From NCBI GenBank assembly GCA_039195135.1, contig JBCCVP010000004.1, positions 21,909 to 85,908 of the forward strand: a stretch of DNA of 64,000 nt, written 5' to 3'. This DNA is from Pseudomonadota bacterium. GTDB lineage: Bacteria > Pseudomonadota > Gammaproteobacteria > Xanthomonadales > SZUA-38. The notes under the pieces are model-generated. The model saw nothing but the letters and a program-made list of their open reading frames with translations. It ran no database searches and was not told the origin of the DNA. Shown here piece by piece: positions 38,261-47,348 of the stretch. How positions within the stretch are numbered: the first letter of the stretch is position 1; each line of letters starts with the position of its first letter. A program made the translations under genes and the position numbers.

Positions 38261-38479
38261 GGCAGGCGATGTTACCAGCGTGTCAGCGGTCCCGCTTCCC
38301 CGGTCCAGGCCCGTTGCCGGCGATGCCGGGCTGCGGGCTGGGCAGCGCCCCCGGTCCGGTACGCATTTGCCGGTCCGTGGCCACTTTCCGGGCCCCACTA
38401 GCAGCTCCTTTCAATCCGGCCTAAGATACCGCGCAACCGCTGAGCAAACCGCCGCACCGAGGCCAGACTCCTTGAGATC

Positions 38480-39016
38480 ATGACCCGCTTCATTGTTCTT
38501 TTCATGGTCATTTTGACCGCGCTGTTTTCACTGCAGATTTTCAAAGCGGTGCAGGACGCGGTGATCCTGCCGTTTACCGGCCTGATCGCCGACGTCTGCG
38601 TTTTTCTGGTCGGCGCGTTTGACGACGACGTGATTGCTTCGGGCAAAGTGATCCGCAGCACCGTGAACAACTTTGCCGTCTCCATCGAGCCGGGCTGCAA
38701 CGGCGTGGAGGCACTGATCGTGCTGTTCGCCGCCATCTTTGCCTTCCCCGCGCCGCTGAAGCACAAGCTGGTGGGTTTTGCTGTGGGTTTTGTCGCCGTC
38801 CAGGGGCTGAACCTGGTGCGCATCATCAGCCTGTTCTACCTGGGCCAGTGGAGTCTCACCGCCTTCAATTTTTTCCACCTGTATCTGTGGCAGGCGCTGA
38901 TTATTCTTGATGCCCTGGTGGTATGGCTGATCTGGCTGCGCTACCTGCCGCCCCGGGACAGCTCCAGCGGCGGCACGCCGCCGCTGGACGACGGCGGACT
39001 GCCGGAACCGGTTTGA
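38480..39016 (+). CDS. Short exosortase/archaeosortase-family protein (XrtH-like size class)
   Basis: 178 aa, polytopic. The family core is seen directly: Cys73 in EPGCNGVEALIVL, Arg114 in GLNLVRII, and His133 in FNFFHLYLW, with exosortase-typical spacing. The subfamily call is tentative. Confidence 0.6.
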   Translation: MTRFIVLFMVILTALFSLQIFKAVQDAVILPFTGLIADVCVFLVGAFDDDVIASGKVIRSTVNNFAVSIEPGCNGVEALIVLFAAIFAFPAPLKHKLVGFAVGFVAVQGLNLVRIISLFYLGQWSLTAFNFFHLYLWQALIILDALVVWLIWLRYLPPRDSSSGGTPPLDDGGLPEPV

Positions 39017-39867
39017 GTCTTAGCGACACCTCTCCCAGCGCCACCCTGTTCGCTGGCCTGGGCCGCCTCGGCGCCCGGGCCGCTGCGCTGCGCCGGGCGG
39101 CGGGCGGCGAGGTAGTGGGGCTGAATCGGTCTGGGACCGCGCGCAGCGGGATTCCGGCGCTGGCGGCGGATCTCACCCGGGCCCTTCCCGAACCGCTGCC
39201 GCCGGTCCGGGCGGTTGTCATCACCCTTGCCCCGCCGGCCCGGGATGCAAACGTATATCGCCAAACCTACGTAGACGGTGTCCGGCACCTGCTGGCCGCG
39301 CTGCCGCAGTCGGCTCGGCGGGTCATCTACGTGTCCTCCACGGTGGTGTACGGCGAGGACCGGGGCGGCTGGATCGATCTTGAGACGGCGGCGGATGGCA
39401 AATCCGAACGGGCCCGGGTACAGCTGGAGGCGGAGCGGCTGGTGGCAGACGCGGCGCCGGAGACCTGTGCGCTACGGCTTGGCGGGATCTACGGGCCGGG
39501 GCGCGATGCGCTGATCCGCCGGGTGAAGGACGCAAAGCCGGTGCAGCAGCGCCCGCCGCTTTATACCAATCGCGTGCATGAGCTCGATGCAGCCCGGCTG
39601 ATCAACCATCTGCTGGATCTGGAAGAGGTTCCGCCGGTGGTTCTTGGCGTTGATCATGAACCGGCGCCCGTTTACGACGTGAGCGCCTGGCTGGCCGCGC
39701 AGCTTGGCGCAGCGCCGCCCGCCGGAAAGGCCGGCTCCACGTCCGGAAAACGGATTCGGAACACGGCGACCCTTAAAAGCGGATTCACCTTTACCTATCC
39801 CGATTACCGGGCGGGCTACGGCGCGCTGATCTCCGACGCCGCCGGCGATATGATGGCGGACCTCTAG
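39013..39867 (+). CDS. NAD(P)-binding Rossmann-fold protein (SDR/epimerase-like)
   Basis: A TTG start overlaps the exosortase stop (TTGA). N-terminal glycine motif is ATLFAGLGRLG; later motifs are VYVSSTVVYG and LRLGGIYGPGR. Confidence 0.7.
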   Translation: MSLSDTSPSATLFAGLGRLGARAAALRRAAGGEVVGLNRSGTARSGIPALAADLTRALPEPLPPVRAVVITLAPPARDANVYRQTYVDGVRHLLAALPQSARRVIYVSSTVVYGEDRGGWIDLETAADGKSERARVQLEAERLVADAAPETCALRLGGIYGPGRDALIRRVKDAKPVQQRPPLYTNRVHELDAARLINHLLDLEEVPPVVLGVDHEPAPVYDVSAWLAAQLGAAPPAGKAGSTSGKRIRNTATLKSGFTFTYPDYRAGYGALISDAAGDMMADL

Positions 39868-39889
39868 GCACACATCCTTTCGAGACGGT

Positions 39890-40480
39890 ATGACAGATTC
39901 TCTGCTGCAAGAGGCGATCACGACTTTAGGAGCCTGGGTGGACGAGGCCCGGGCGGCGGGCGAGGTGGAGCCGACGGCGATGACCGTCGCCAGCGTCGCC
40001 GCCGACGGCCAGCCCAGCGCCCGGGTGGTATTGCTGAAGCAGCTCGACGCCCGCGGCGTGGTTTTCTACACCAACTATGATAGCCGTAAGGGCAAGGAGC
40101 TTCAGGGTGACCCGCGAGCGGCCGCGGTGTTTTATTTTTCCCGGTTGGATCGGCAGGTCCGGGTGGAAGGCCAGGTGGAACCGGTCAGCGACGCGGAGGC
40201 GGACGCCTACTTCGCCAGCCGTCATCGGGGAAGTCAGATTGGTGCCTGGGCCTCCGCCCAGTCCCGGCCCATCAACCACCGATCGGAGCTTGAGGCGCGC
40301 ATCGCGGAGCTGGAAAGCAAGTATGAGGGGCAGACCGTGCCCCGGCCGCCGCACTGGAGTGGCTTTCGCCTGATTCCCTCGGCCCTGGAGCTGTGGCAGG
40401 GGCGAGAGCACCGCATCCACGAGCGCTGGCGCTATGAAAACGGTGCCGCCGGCTGGCAGAAGATGCTGCTGCAGCCGTGA
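39890..40480 (+). CDS. pdxH: Pyridoxamine 5'-phosphate oxidase
   Basis: 196 aa with RVVLLKQLDARGVVFYTNYDSRKGKEL, QVRVEG, and the C-terminus ELWQGREHRIHERWRY...LQP. Confidence 0.95.
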   Translation: MTDSLLQEAITTLGAWVDEARAAGEVEPTAMTVASVAADGQPSARVVLLKQLDARGVVFYTNYDSRKGKELQGDPRAAAVFYFSRLDRQVRVEGQVEPVSDAEADAYFASRHRGSQIGAWASAQSRPINHRSELEARIAELESKYEGQTVPRPPHWSGFRLIPSALELWQGREHRIHERWRYENGAAGWQKMLLQP

Positions 40481-40893
40481 GCTTTTTTCGTGAACAGTTG
40501 GTGGTGGGGACATCCGGTCGGAGCCTTACCGAACTCAGCGCGGACCTGCGCCGGATGGTGAAAGACTCCGGTGCCGATGAAGGTCTTTGCCACGTTTTTC
40601 TCCACCACACCAGCGCCTCCCTGGTGATTATGGAAAACGCAGATCCCGACGTGCTGGCGGACCTCGAGCGGTTCATGGCGCGACTGGTGCCCGACGGGGA
40701 TCCGATCTACGAGCACACCGCCGAGGGCGAAGACGACATGGCGGCGCATGTGCGCATGGCGCTGACGCACACCGATCTTTCTATTCCGATCACCGCCGGT
40801 AAGCTGGACCTGGGCACCTGGCAGGGCGTGTACCTTTGGGAACACCGACACGCGCCGCATCGACGGCGACTCACCATTAGCGTGCTGACATGA
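40477..40893 (+). CDS. YjbQ/UPF0047 family protein (secondary thiamine-phosphate synthase-like)
   Basis: 138 aa. The GTG start overlaps the pdxH stop. Motifs are LCHVFLHHTSASLVIMENADPDV and GTWQGVYLWEHR. Confidence 0.85.
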   Translation: MSFFREQLVVGTSGRSLTELSADLRRMVKDSGADEGLCHVFLHHTSASLVIMENADPDVLADLERFMARLVPDGDPIYEHTAEGEDDMAAHVRMALTHTDLSIPITAGKLDLGTWQGVYLWEHRHAPHRRRLTISVLT

Positions 40894-41597
40894 CGCCGGC
40901 GCGCCGCAAGCTGGTGGACCACCGCCTCGCGCGACGCCAGCCGGACCTCACGGTGCTGCTGGAGCAGGTCCACAAGTCGCACAACTTCTCGGCCATCCTG
41001 CGCACCTGCGACGCCATCGGCGTCCACCGCGCTCACGTGGTGGCACCCCGCGGCGGCGCTCCCCTTTCCAATCATACGGCGCAGGGTTCGGAGAAATGGG
41101 TGCGGGTTACGCAGTTTGCGGACATGGCCACCGGCCAGGCGCGGCTCAAGGAAGACGGTTTTCAGCTGCTGGCGGCCCACCTTGATGACGCGGCGGTGGA
41201 CTACCGCGCCGTCGACTACACGCGGCCCACGGCTATTGTGCTGGGGGCCGAGCGCGACGGCGTGAGCGACACGGCCCTGTCCCGCTGCGACCAGACCATA
41301 GCGATCCCAATGCAGGGGATGGTTCAGTCCCTCAACGTTTCCGTGGCCTGCGCGCTGATCCTTTTTGAAGCGCAGCGGCAGCGGCTGGCGGCGGGACTCT
41401 ATGAGTCGCGCCGGCTGCGGGGAGAAGAGTATCGGCGCACCCGCTTCGAGTGGCTGCATCCAACGGTGGCGGCCCATTGCCAGCGCCACGGCTTTGCCTA
41501 TCCGGCTTTGGATGAGCAGGGGGAAATGCTCGAAGCTCCCCCGCTGACGCCCGGTGAGGCCGCCGCGCCAACCGGCGGGGAATTAATTGGCAGCTGA
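40890..41597 (+). CDS. trmH: SpoU-family tRNA (guanosine-2'-O)-methyltransferase
   Basis: 235 aa with motifs LLEQVHKSHNFSAILRTCDAIGV, IVLGAERDGVS and IPMQGMVQSLNVSVACALILFE. The start shows an ATGA overlap with the yjbQ-like gene. Confidence 0.8.
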   Translation: MTPARRKLVDHRLARRQPDLTVLLEQVHKSHNFSAILRTCDAIGVHRAHVVAPRGGAPLSNHTAQGSEKWVRVTQFADMATGQARLKEDGFQLLAAHLDDAAVDYRAVDYTRPTAIVLGAERDGVSDTALSRCDQTIAIPMQGMVQSLNVSVACALILFEAQRQRLAAGLYESRRLRGEEYRRTRFEWLHPTVAAHCQRHGFAYPALDEQGEMLEAPPLTPGEAAAPTGGELIGS

Positions 41598-41611
41598 AGA
41601 CTCAAAGCACC

Positions 41612-42061
41612 ATGAAAAAGATCTGGAGTGACTTGAAGAACGCCCTCGCGACCACGGCGCCGGCAGCTGTGGGCGAGGAAGCGGTGGCGCATCACGCAGC
41701 GGCGGCGCTGATGATCGAGATGTGCGAGGCGGATCTGAAAACCGAACCGGAGGAATTGGAGGCGGTGGCGGCGGCGCTTAAGGATGTGTTTGCCCTGAGC
41801 GAGGAGACGGTGACTGCCCTCGTGGCGGAAGCGCGGGCCAACAACAACGCCGAAATTTCCTACTATCCCCACGTGGAGACGGTGAACGAACTCTGTGGTC
41901 AGGCGGAAAAGGCGGACATCGTCCGCAGCTTGTGGCGGGTCGCCGCCGCGGACGGCAACGTCGACAAGTACGAAGAGCACTACCTGCGGCGGCTCTGCGA
42001 GCTGATCCACGTGCCGCACCGGGTCTTTGTCCAGACCCGGAATGAAGTTTTGAGTATCTGA
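41612..42061 (+). CDS. TerB-like family protein
   Basis: 149 aa. Helical, acidic repeats with LWRVAAADGNVDKYEEHYLRRLCELIHV are typical of TerB-like co-chaperone-fold proteins. Confidence 0.65.
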   Translation: MKKIWSDLKNALATTAPAAVGEEAVAHHAAAALMIEMCEADLKTEPEELEAVAAALKDVFALSEETVTALVAEARANNNAEISYYPHVETVNELCGQAEKADIVRSLWRVAAADGNVDKYEEHYLRRLCELIHVPHRVFVQTRNEVLSI

Positions 42062-42082
42062 CCGGCGGACGCCGGCGCAGCG

Positions 42083-42367
42083 CTACAACTTGTAGTGCTG
42101 AATCCTCTGGCGCAGCTTCCCCCGGCTGATGCCAAGCACCTCCGCGCAGCGGCTCTGATTGCCGCCGGTCCAGCGCAGCACCTCCGCAATCAGCGGCTTT
42201 TCCACCTGCTCAAGGAGGATGTGATAAAGATCTTCCGGCTCAGCGTGGCGGTTTTTGCGCAGAAAGCGCTGGACAGATCGGCGCACGTTGTCGTGCAGGG
42301 ACAGGCCGTTTTCATCGTTATGGCCCGGACCGTTGAGGAAATCACCGTTGGTATCGCGAAACGTCAT
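42083..42367 (-). CDS. fis: DNA-binding protein Fis
   Basis: The ATG at 42367 gives 94 aa. The C-terminal HTH is PLIAEVLRWTGGNQSRCAEVLGISRGKLRQRIQHYKL. The longer ORF N-terminus was rejected. Confidence 0.9.
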   Translation of the reverse strand: MTFRDTNGDFLNGPGHNDENGLSLHDNVRRSVQRFLRKNRHAEPEDLYHILLEQVEKPLIAEVLRWTGGNQSRCAEVLGISRGKLRQRIQHYKL

Positions 42368-42624
42368 TATGCTGGCGGCACTGGGCCGCTTCTCTCCCTT
42401 TCTTCTTCTAGTTCTAGGTCCGGGAAGCGTCCGGAGGACCCGGACCACTGAAAAGCCCCTCGGAAGAACATCATAACGATTGGGCGGCGATTTTGTAGTT
42501 GCGACTTTGTACAGTAGTTTTTTCTAAAAACTGAATGGTACCAGCCGGTTGGCGGGGTGTTTTGACCTGTCGCGGGATAAACCTGCGCTAACTTTTTTCA
42601 ACGTGGTGCAACTCGCCGGCACCC

Positions 42625-43461
42625 TCAGCGAAAAGCAAATTCAAAGGCCACCGCATCCTGCCCCGGGTCGATCACCTCAAACACCAGGGGCAGCAGGTGC
42701 CCCGGCGCCATACCATTGGGCTGTACGCCATCCAGATATTCCGCCGGGCCAAAACGGCGCATGGCCACCGGGTTGCCCGACAGGTCGGCCATGGTGATTT
42801 CCACGACCGGATGGGGCTGCGGAAACTCCGCCTGGTTCTGCATGGTCGCGCTGATCAGCAGGGCGCCGTCCACCGATGGGTGCGGCTCGATGCTGCGGCT
42901 GACCAGGAAGATTTGCTGCAGGTTACGCGGCATTTCGATATCGCAGCCGAAGACCACGCAGACCCGCACCACGAAGGGTCGCCAGGAGGGGCTTCGGGCC
43001 AGCAGATCATGCTGCTGGGCGAACCACTGCACCGCCAGGGTGGCGGCAAGCAGACCGCTCCATACGCCCCACAACCAGTTGCCCCGGGAGCGGTTCCGGG
43101 CCGCCCGTTCGCTCGCCAGCCGGGTTGCAATGCCGGAGACGGGGCTTGTTTCGGCTTCCGGGTCGGCGCTAGCCTCCGCCGGGGTCTCATCGGCAAGTGG
43201 CCCGTCGGCTTCGCCGGGCGCCCGGGGCCAGAACAGGTCGTCCATCGGCAGCTCTTCCGCGTTGGGGTCGGTGAGCGTCGGTGGGTGATCGCTGTGAAAA
43301 CAGGTGGGGATCTGGCCGTCCTCGTCCAGCATCTCGGACAGGGAGGTGACGGCAAAAAACACGGCGCCGCAGTTGCCGCAGCGCACGTTTCCCCGAGCCA
43401 CGGACAGGGCGTCGGCACTGACCGGGAAAACCGTATCGCATTCTTGGCATTGGGTGTACAA
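42625..43461 (-). CDS. Zinc-ribbon (MJ0042-type) plus DUF3426 membrane protein
   Basis: A TTG start at 43461 gives (M)YTQCQECDTVFPVSADALSVARGNVRCGNCGAVF. A TM segment follows, then a DUF3426-like C-terminus (LLISATMQNQAEFPQPHPVVEITMADLSGNPV). Start is uncertain. Confidence 0.7.
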   Translation of the reverse strand: MYTQCQECDTVFPVSADALSVARGNVRCGNCGAVFFAVTSLSEMLDEDGQIPTCFHSDHPPTLTDPNAEELPMDDLFWPRAPGEADGPLADETPAEASADPEAETSPVSGIATRLASERAARNRSRGNWLWGVWSGLLAATLAVQWFAQQHDLLARSPSWRPFVVRVCVVFGCDIEMPRNLQQIFLVSRSIEPHPSVDGALLISATMQNQAEFPQPHPVVEITMADLSGNPVAMRRFGPAEYLDGVQPNGMAPGHLLPLVFEVIDPGQDAVAFEFAFR

Positions 43462-43489
43462 GGTGCTGAGGTCCGGGTAAAGCTGCCGG

Positions 43490-44395
43490 CTAAGATACGG
43501 TGCCTTCCAGGCCCGCGTCCAGCAGCAGCCAGCCGTCCCGGGACGTTCGCTGGAAAGGGCCGAAGTGTGCCCCGTAGGCCTCCTCCACGGCCCGGGCCTG
43601 ACCGTCCAGCAGGCCCGACAGGAGCAGCCGGGTTTCCGCCTGCGCTGCGCTGATGACAGCCGGCGCAAGCTCAAGCAGCACCCCGGACACGATATTGGCC
43701 ACAATCAGGTCAAATGGTCCCTGCGCCTGCGCAACCGTTGAGTGCACCGTCAGCGGCAGCTTGTTACGCCGGGCGTTCTCAGAGCTGGCGGCAAGCGCCT
43801 GGGGATCGTTGTCGACGCCCACCACGGCCGCGGCCCCCAGCAGCGCCGCGGCCAGGCTCAGGATGCCGGAGCCGCAGCCGACATCCAGCACGCGTTTCCC
43901 CGCGAGGTTTGAATCTGCGAGCGCGTCCAGGCAGAGCGAAGTGGTGGCGTGGCTGCCCGTGCCAAAGGCCAGTCCCGGGTCCATGCGGAGCACCGCGTCA
44001 CCGTCCACTTCCTGGTGCCAGGGGCAGATGCAGAGATTTTGGTTGCTGCCAAACCAGGCCGGTTCAAAGTGCTTGAGCCAGGCCCGTTCCCAGGCCTGGT
44101 CCGCCAGAAAACGGGTGCAGAAGCTGGCCTGTTCGCCGGTCTGAAGCTCAGCCGACAGCTGTGCCGCCAGCGCCTCGGCGGCAGCGCCTTCGCAATCGCT
44201 AAAAAGGCCCCGCACCGTCAGCTCGGTCCACAGGGGGGTCGCCGCGGGAGCGGGCTCGACCACCGGTGGCGTGTCAGCGGCGGGCAGGAACGTCACCGCG
44301 TCGGCGCCGGCCGCCTCCCAGGCCGCCTCCACCGCGTCGGCTCTTTCCTGGCTGACCGTAACCTCCGCCTCCAGCCAACGCTTCGGGGGCGTCAA
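43490..44395 (-). CDS. prmA: Ribosomal protein L11 methyltransferase
   Basis: 301 aa. The TTG start overlaps the accC stop (TTGA). SAM motif is [20 protein letters not shown], with [14 protein letters not shown] upstream. Confidence 0.9.
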   Translation of the reverse strand: MTPPKRWLEAEVTVSQERADAVEAAWEAAGADAVTFLPAADTPPVVEPAPAATPLWTELTVRGLFSDCEGAAAEALAAQLSAELQTGEQASFCTRFLADQAWERAWLKHFEPAWFGSNQNLCICPWHQEVDGDAVLRMDPGLAFGTGSHATTSLCLDALADSNLAGKRVLDVGCGSGILSLAAALLGAAAVVGVDNDPQALAASSENARRNKLPLTVHSTVAQAQGPFDLIVANIVSGVLLELAPAVISAAQAETRLLLSGLLDGQARAVEEAYGAHFGPFQRTSRDGWLLLDAGLEGTVS

Positions 44396-45747
44396 CTGGG
44401 CTCGGGCGTTTCCGCCAGCCGCTTCTCCAGGTAGTGGATGTTGGTACCGCCGGTCTGGAAGCCCTTGTCGGCCATGATGCGCTGGAGCAGGGGGATATTG
44501 GTGGCCACCCCTGTGATCAGGGTTTCCGCCAGCGCGCCGCGCATGCGGGCGATGGCAATTTCCCGGGTCTCGCCGTAGGCGATGAGTTTGCCGATCATGG
44601 AATCGTAGTTGGGCGGCACGCGATAGCCGTCATAGAGATGAGAATCAACCCGAATGCCCGGCCCGCCCGGCGGGTGGAACTGCTCCACCAGTCCGGGGGA
44701 AGGCATAAACGTGACCGGATCTTCGGCGTTGATGCGGCATTCCACCGCGTGGCCGCGCCAGCCGATCTGATCCTGGGTCAGCTTGAGCTTTTCGTTGGCC
44801 GCCACGCGGATCTGCTGGCTGATCAGATCGATACCCGTCACCCGCTCGGTGACGGGATGTTCCACCTGGATACGGGTGTTCATCTCGATGAAGTAGAACT
44901 GTCCGCCGTCATACAGGAACTCAAAGGTGCCCACGCCGCGATAGTTCATGCGTTTGCAGGCCGTCACGCACACTTCGCCAATTTCCTGCCGCTGCTGGGT
45001 CGTCAGGCCTGGTGCTACCGCCTCCTCAACCACCTTCTGGTGGCGCCGCTGCATGGAGCAGTCCCGCTCCCCAAGGTGAATCGCGTTGCCGTGCTGATCC
45101 GCCAGGACCTGGATCTCGATATGCCGCGGATCGGTGAGAAACTTCTCCATGTACACAACCTCGTTGCCGAAGGCCGCTTTGGCTTCCGACTGGGTCATGG
45201 CAATAGAGTTGTGCAGCGCCGCCTCGTTGTGCACCACGCGCATGCCGCGCCCGCCGCCGCCGCCCGCTGCCTTGACGATCACCGGGTAGCCGATCTTCCG
45301 CGCAATCTCCGCATTGCGGGTCCGGTCGCTGGTCAAAGGACCGTCGGAACCGGGCACGCAGGGTACCCCGGCTTCGCGCATCGTCTTGATCGCCGCCACC
45401 TTGTCGCCCATCAGGCGGATCGTGTCGGAGTGGGGGCCGATAAAGATGAACCCGCTCTCTTCCACCCGCTCGGCGAAGTCGGCGTTCTCCGACAGAAACC
45501 CGTAGCCTGGATGGATGGCGGACGCGTCGGTCACCTCCGCTGCCGCAATCAGCGCCGGGGTGTTCAGATAGCTTTCGGCCGGCGGGGGGCCGCCGATGCA
45601 GACCGATTCGTCGGCCATGGCAACGTGCTTCAGGTTGCGATCCACGGTGGAGTGGGCCGCCACGGTTTTGATGCCCATGGCGTTGCAGGCCCTGAGTACG
45701 CGCAGCGCAATCTCGCCGCGGTTTGCGATCAGAATCTTGTCAATCAT
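44392..45747 (-). CDS. accC: Acetyl-CoA carboxylase biotin carboxylase subunit
   Basis: 451 aa beginning [24 protein letters not shown]-grasp motifs are present and the match to AccC is full-length. Confidence 0.97.
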   Translation of the reverse strand: MIDKILIANRGEIALRVLRACNAMGIKTVAAHSTVDRNLKHVAMADESVCIGGPPPAESYLNTPALIAAAEVTDASAIHPGYGFLSENADFAERVEESGFIFIGPHSDTIRLMGDKVAAIKTMREAGVPCVPGSDGPLTSDRTRNAEIARKIGYPVIVKAAGGGGGRGMRVVHNEAALHNSIAMTQSEAKAAFGNEVVYMEKFLTDPRHIEIQVLADQHGNAIHLGERDCSMQRRHQKVVEEAVAPGLTTQQRQEIGEVCVTACKRMNYRGVGTFEFLYDGGQFYFIEMNTRIQVEHPVTERVTGIDLISQQIRVAANEKLKLTQDQIGWRGHAVECRINAEDPVTFMPSPGLVEQFHPPGGPGIRVDSHLYDGYRVPPNYDSMIGKLIAYGETREIAIARMRGALAETLITGVATNIPLLQRIMADKGFQTGGTNIHYLEKRLAETPEPS

Positions 45748-46217
45748 CAGCGCACAATCACCAGTGGCTGATCAAACTCCACGGGCTGCCCGGTTTCCGC
45801 CAGGATCGAAACCACTTTGCCGGAAACGTCCGACTCGATCTGGTTGAACATTTTCATCGCTTCCACAATGCACACCACATCGCCGGCGCGAATCTCCTGG
45901 CCGACGCGCACAAACGGATCGGATTCGGGATTGGGAGAGCCGTAGAACGTTCCCACCATCGGCGACCGAATTACATGGCCTTCCGGCTCCTCTTCCGCTT
46001 CCGCGGCGGGCGCGCCGCCGGCCTCTGCGTCTGCGCTGGGAGCGGGCGCCGGCGCAGCGGCGGGCATCGCAACCGGGGGTGGCGCGTAGGTGGGGGCGGG
46101 CATGTTCTTCGGGTAGCGGCTCAGACGCACCGCTTCATCATTCTCGCTGATTTCGATTTCCGCCAGATCTGAATCCTCCAGCAGTTCCACCAGCTTTTTT
46201 ATTTTTCGAATGTCCAA
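45747..46217 (-). CDS. accB: Acetyl-CoA carboxylase biotin carboxyl carrier protein
   Basis: 156 aa with a Pro/Ala linker and the biotinylation motif [14 protein letters not shown]. Confidence 0.95.
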   Translation of the reverse strand: MDIRKIKKLVELLEDSDLAEIEISENDEAVRLSRYPKNMPAPTYAPPPVAMPAAAPAPAPSADAEAGGAPAAEAEEEPEGHVIRSPMVGTFYGSPNPESDPFVRVGQEIRAGDVVCIVEAMKMFNQIESDVSGKVVSILAETGQPVEFDQPLVIVR

Positions 46218-46234
46218 GTTTTTCTCCCGTCAGT

Positions 46235-46681
46235 TCAGGCCGTGGTTCGGGCCAGATTAGCCGCTGCCCGAAGGGCGAGTTCATACCCCTGAGCGCCGAA
46301 GCCGGCCACCCGGCCTACGGCAATGTCGCTGAAATAATTGGTGCGGCGGAAAGGCTCCCGGGCGTCTGGATTGCTCAGGTGGACTTCAATCAGCTGCAGT
46401 TCGCTGGCGAGGACCGCATCCCGCAGCGCGACGCTGGTATGGGTGAAGCCGCCGGGATTGAGCAGCAGGAACCGACAGCCGGCGTCGGCTGCCGCGTGGA
46501 TGTGCTCGATGAGCTCATGCTCCGCGTTGGATTGCGCGTGGGTCAGATCAAGGTCCAGTTCGCCGGCCAGCCGGTCCAGCCGCTGCTGGATATCGCTGAG
46601 CGTGTCGGAGCCGTAGATCTCCGGCTCCCGCTTGCCAAGGCGATCAAGATTAGGCCCATTCAGGACGAGCACCCGGGCCAC
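46235..46681 (-). CDS. aroQ: Type II 3-dehydroquinate dehydratase
   Basis: 148 aa with [21 protein letters not shown] and [18 protein letters not shown]. Confidence 0.95.
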   Translation of the reverse strand: MARVLVLNGPNLDRLGKREPEIYGSDTLSDIQQRLDRLAGELDLDLTHAQSNAEHELIEHIHAAADAGCRFLLLNPGGFTHTSVALRDAVLASELQLIEVHLSNPDAREPFRRTNYFSDIAVGRVAGFGAQGYELALRAAANLARTTA

Positions 46682-46790
46682 CGCTGCCCCCTTCCAGTCG
46701 TTGAGCGGGTCAGTGTGCCGAAGCTGCCCGCTTCTGTCCAGTTGGCGGCATTTAATCGCCCGTTGGGCGCCTATTCCGGCCCCTTTCCCG

Positions 46791-47348
46791 TTATTTTGCT
46801 TCGGCGAGCAGCTCGGCGGCCTGCGCGTTGAGGGTGTCCGCCTGCATTTCCCCCAGGGTCACAGACGCGACCTTCCCGTCCGCGCCAACCCAGATGCTGT
46901 AGGGCAGAACGCCGCTGCGATTGCCTAGGGATCGGGCGAAGGTGATGCCAGGCAAAGTCTCGGTAAGCAAAATGGGGTAGGTGACCGGCGTGTCCTTCAG
47001 AAATTCGGCAACCCGACCGGCCTCGTCCAGGGCTACGCCGAGCACCTGAAAGCCGTCCGCCGCGTGGCGCTGGTGCAGCGCCTCCAGCGCCGGCATCTCC
47101 TCCCGGCAGGGCGCACACCAGGTGGCCCAGAGGTTGATCAGCACCGGCTGGTTTTTGATGTCGGCGCGGCTGAGCGTGCCGCCGGTAAGCGCGGGGAACT
47201 GAAAATCCGGCAGCGACTGGCCGATGATGCTCTCGGTGGTCGGAGCCGCCTGGTCCGCGGCGGCGCGCTGCGCCTGCCAGCGCTGCACCACAAATCCACC
47301 GGCGGCCGCCACCGCCGCCACCGCGGCAATCAGCAGTCGCTGTCGCAT
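46791..47348 (-). CDS. TlpA/ResA-like periplasmic thiol:disulfide oxidoreductase
   Basis: 185 aa with an N-terminal anchor. Thioredoxin-fold motif is [17 protein letters not shown]. Overlaps the dsbD 3' end by 19 bp. Confidence 0.8.
   Translation of the reverse strand: MRQRLLIAAVAAVAAAGGFVVQRWQAQRAAADQAAPTTESIIGQSLPDFQFPALTGGTLSRADIKNQPVLINLWATWCAPCREEMPALEALHQRHAADGFQVLGVALDEAGRVAEFLKDTPVTYPILLTETLPGITFARSLGNRSGVLPYSIWVGADGKVASVTLGEMQADTLNAQAAELLAEAK

Noticed and set aside
42062-42082. Palindrome CCGGCG-ga-CGCCGG between convergent terB-like and fis genes, considered as a bidirectional terminator.
   Set aside because: It has a 2-nt loop and no flanking T/A tracts, so it is not a convincing intrinsic terminator.
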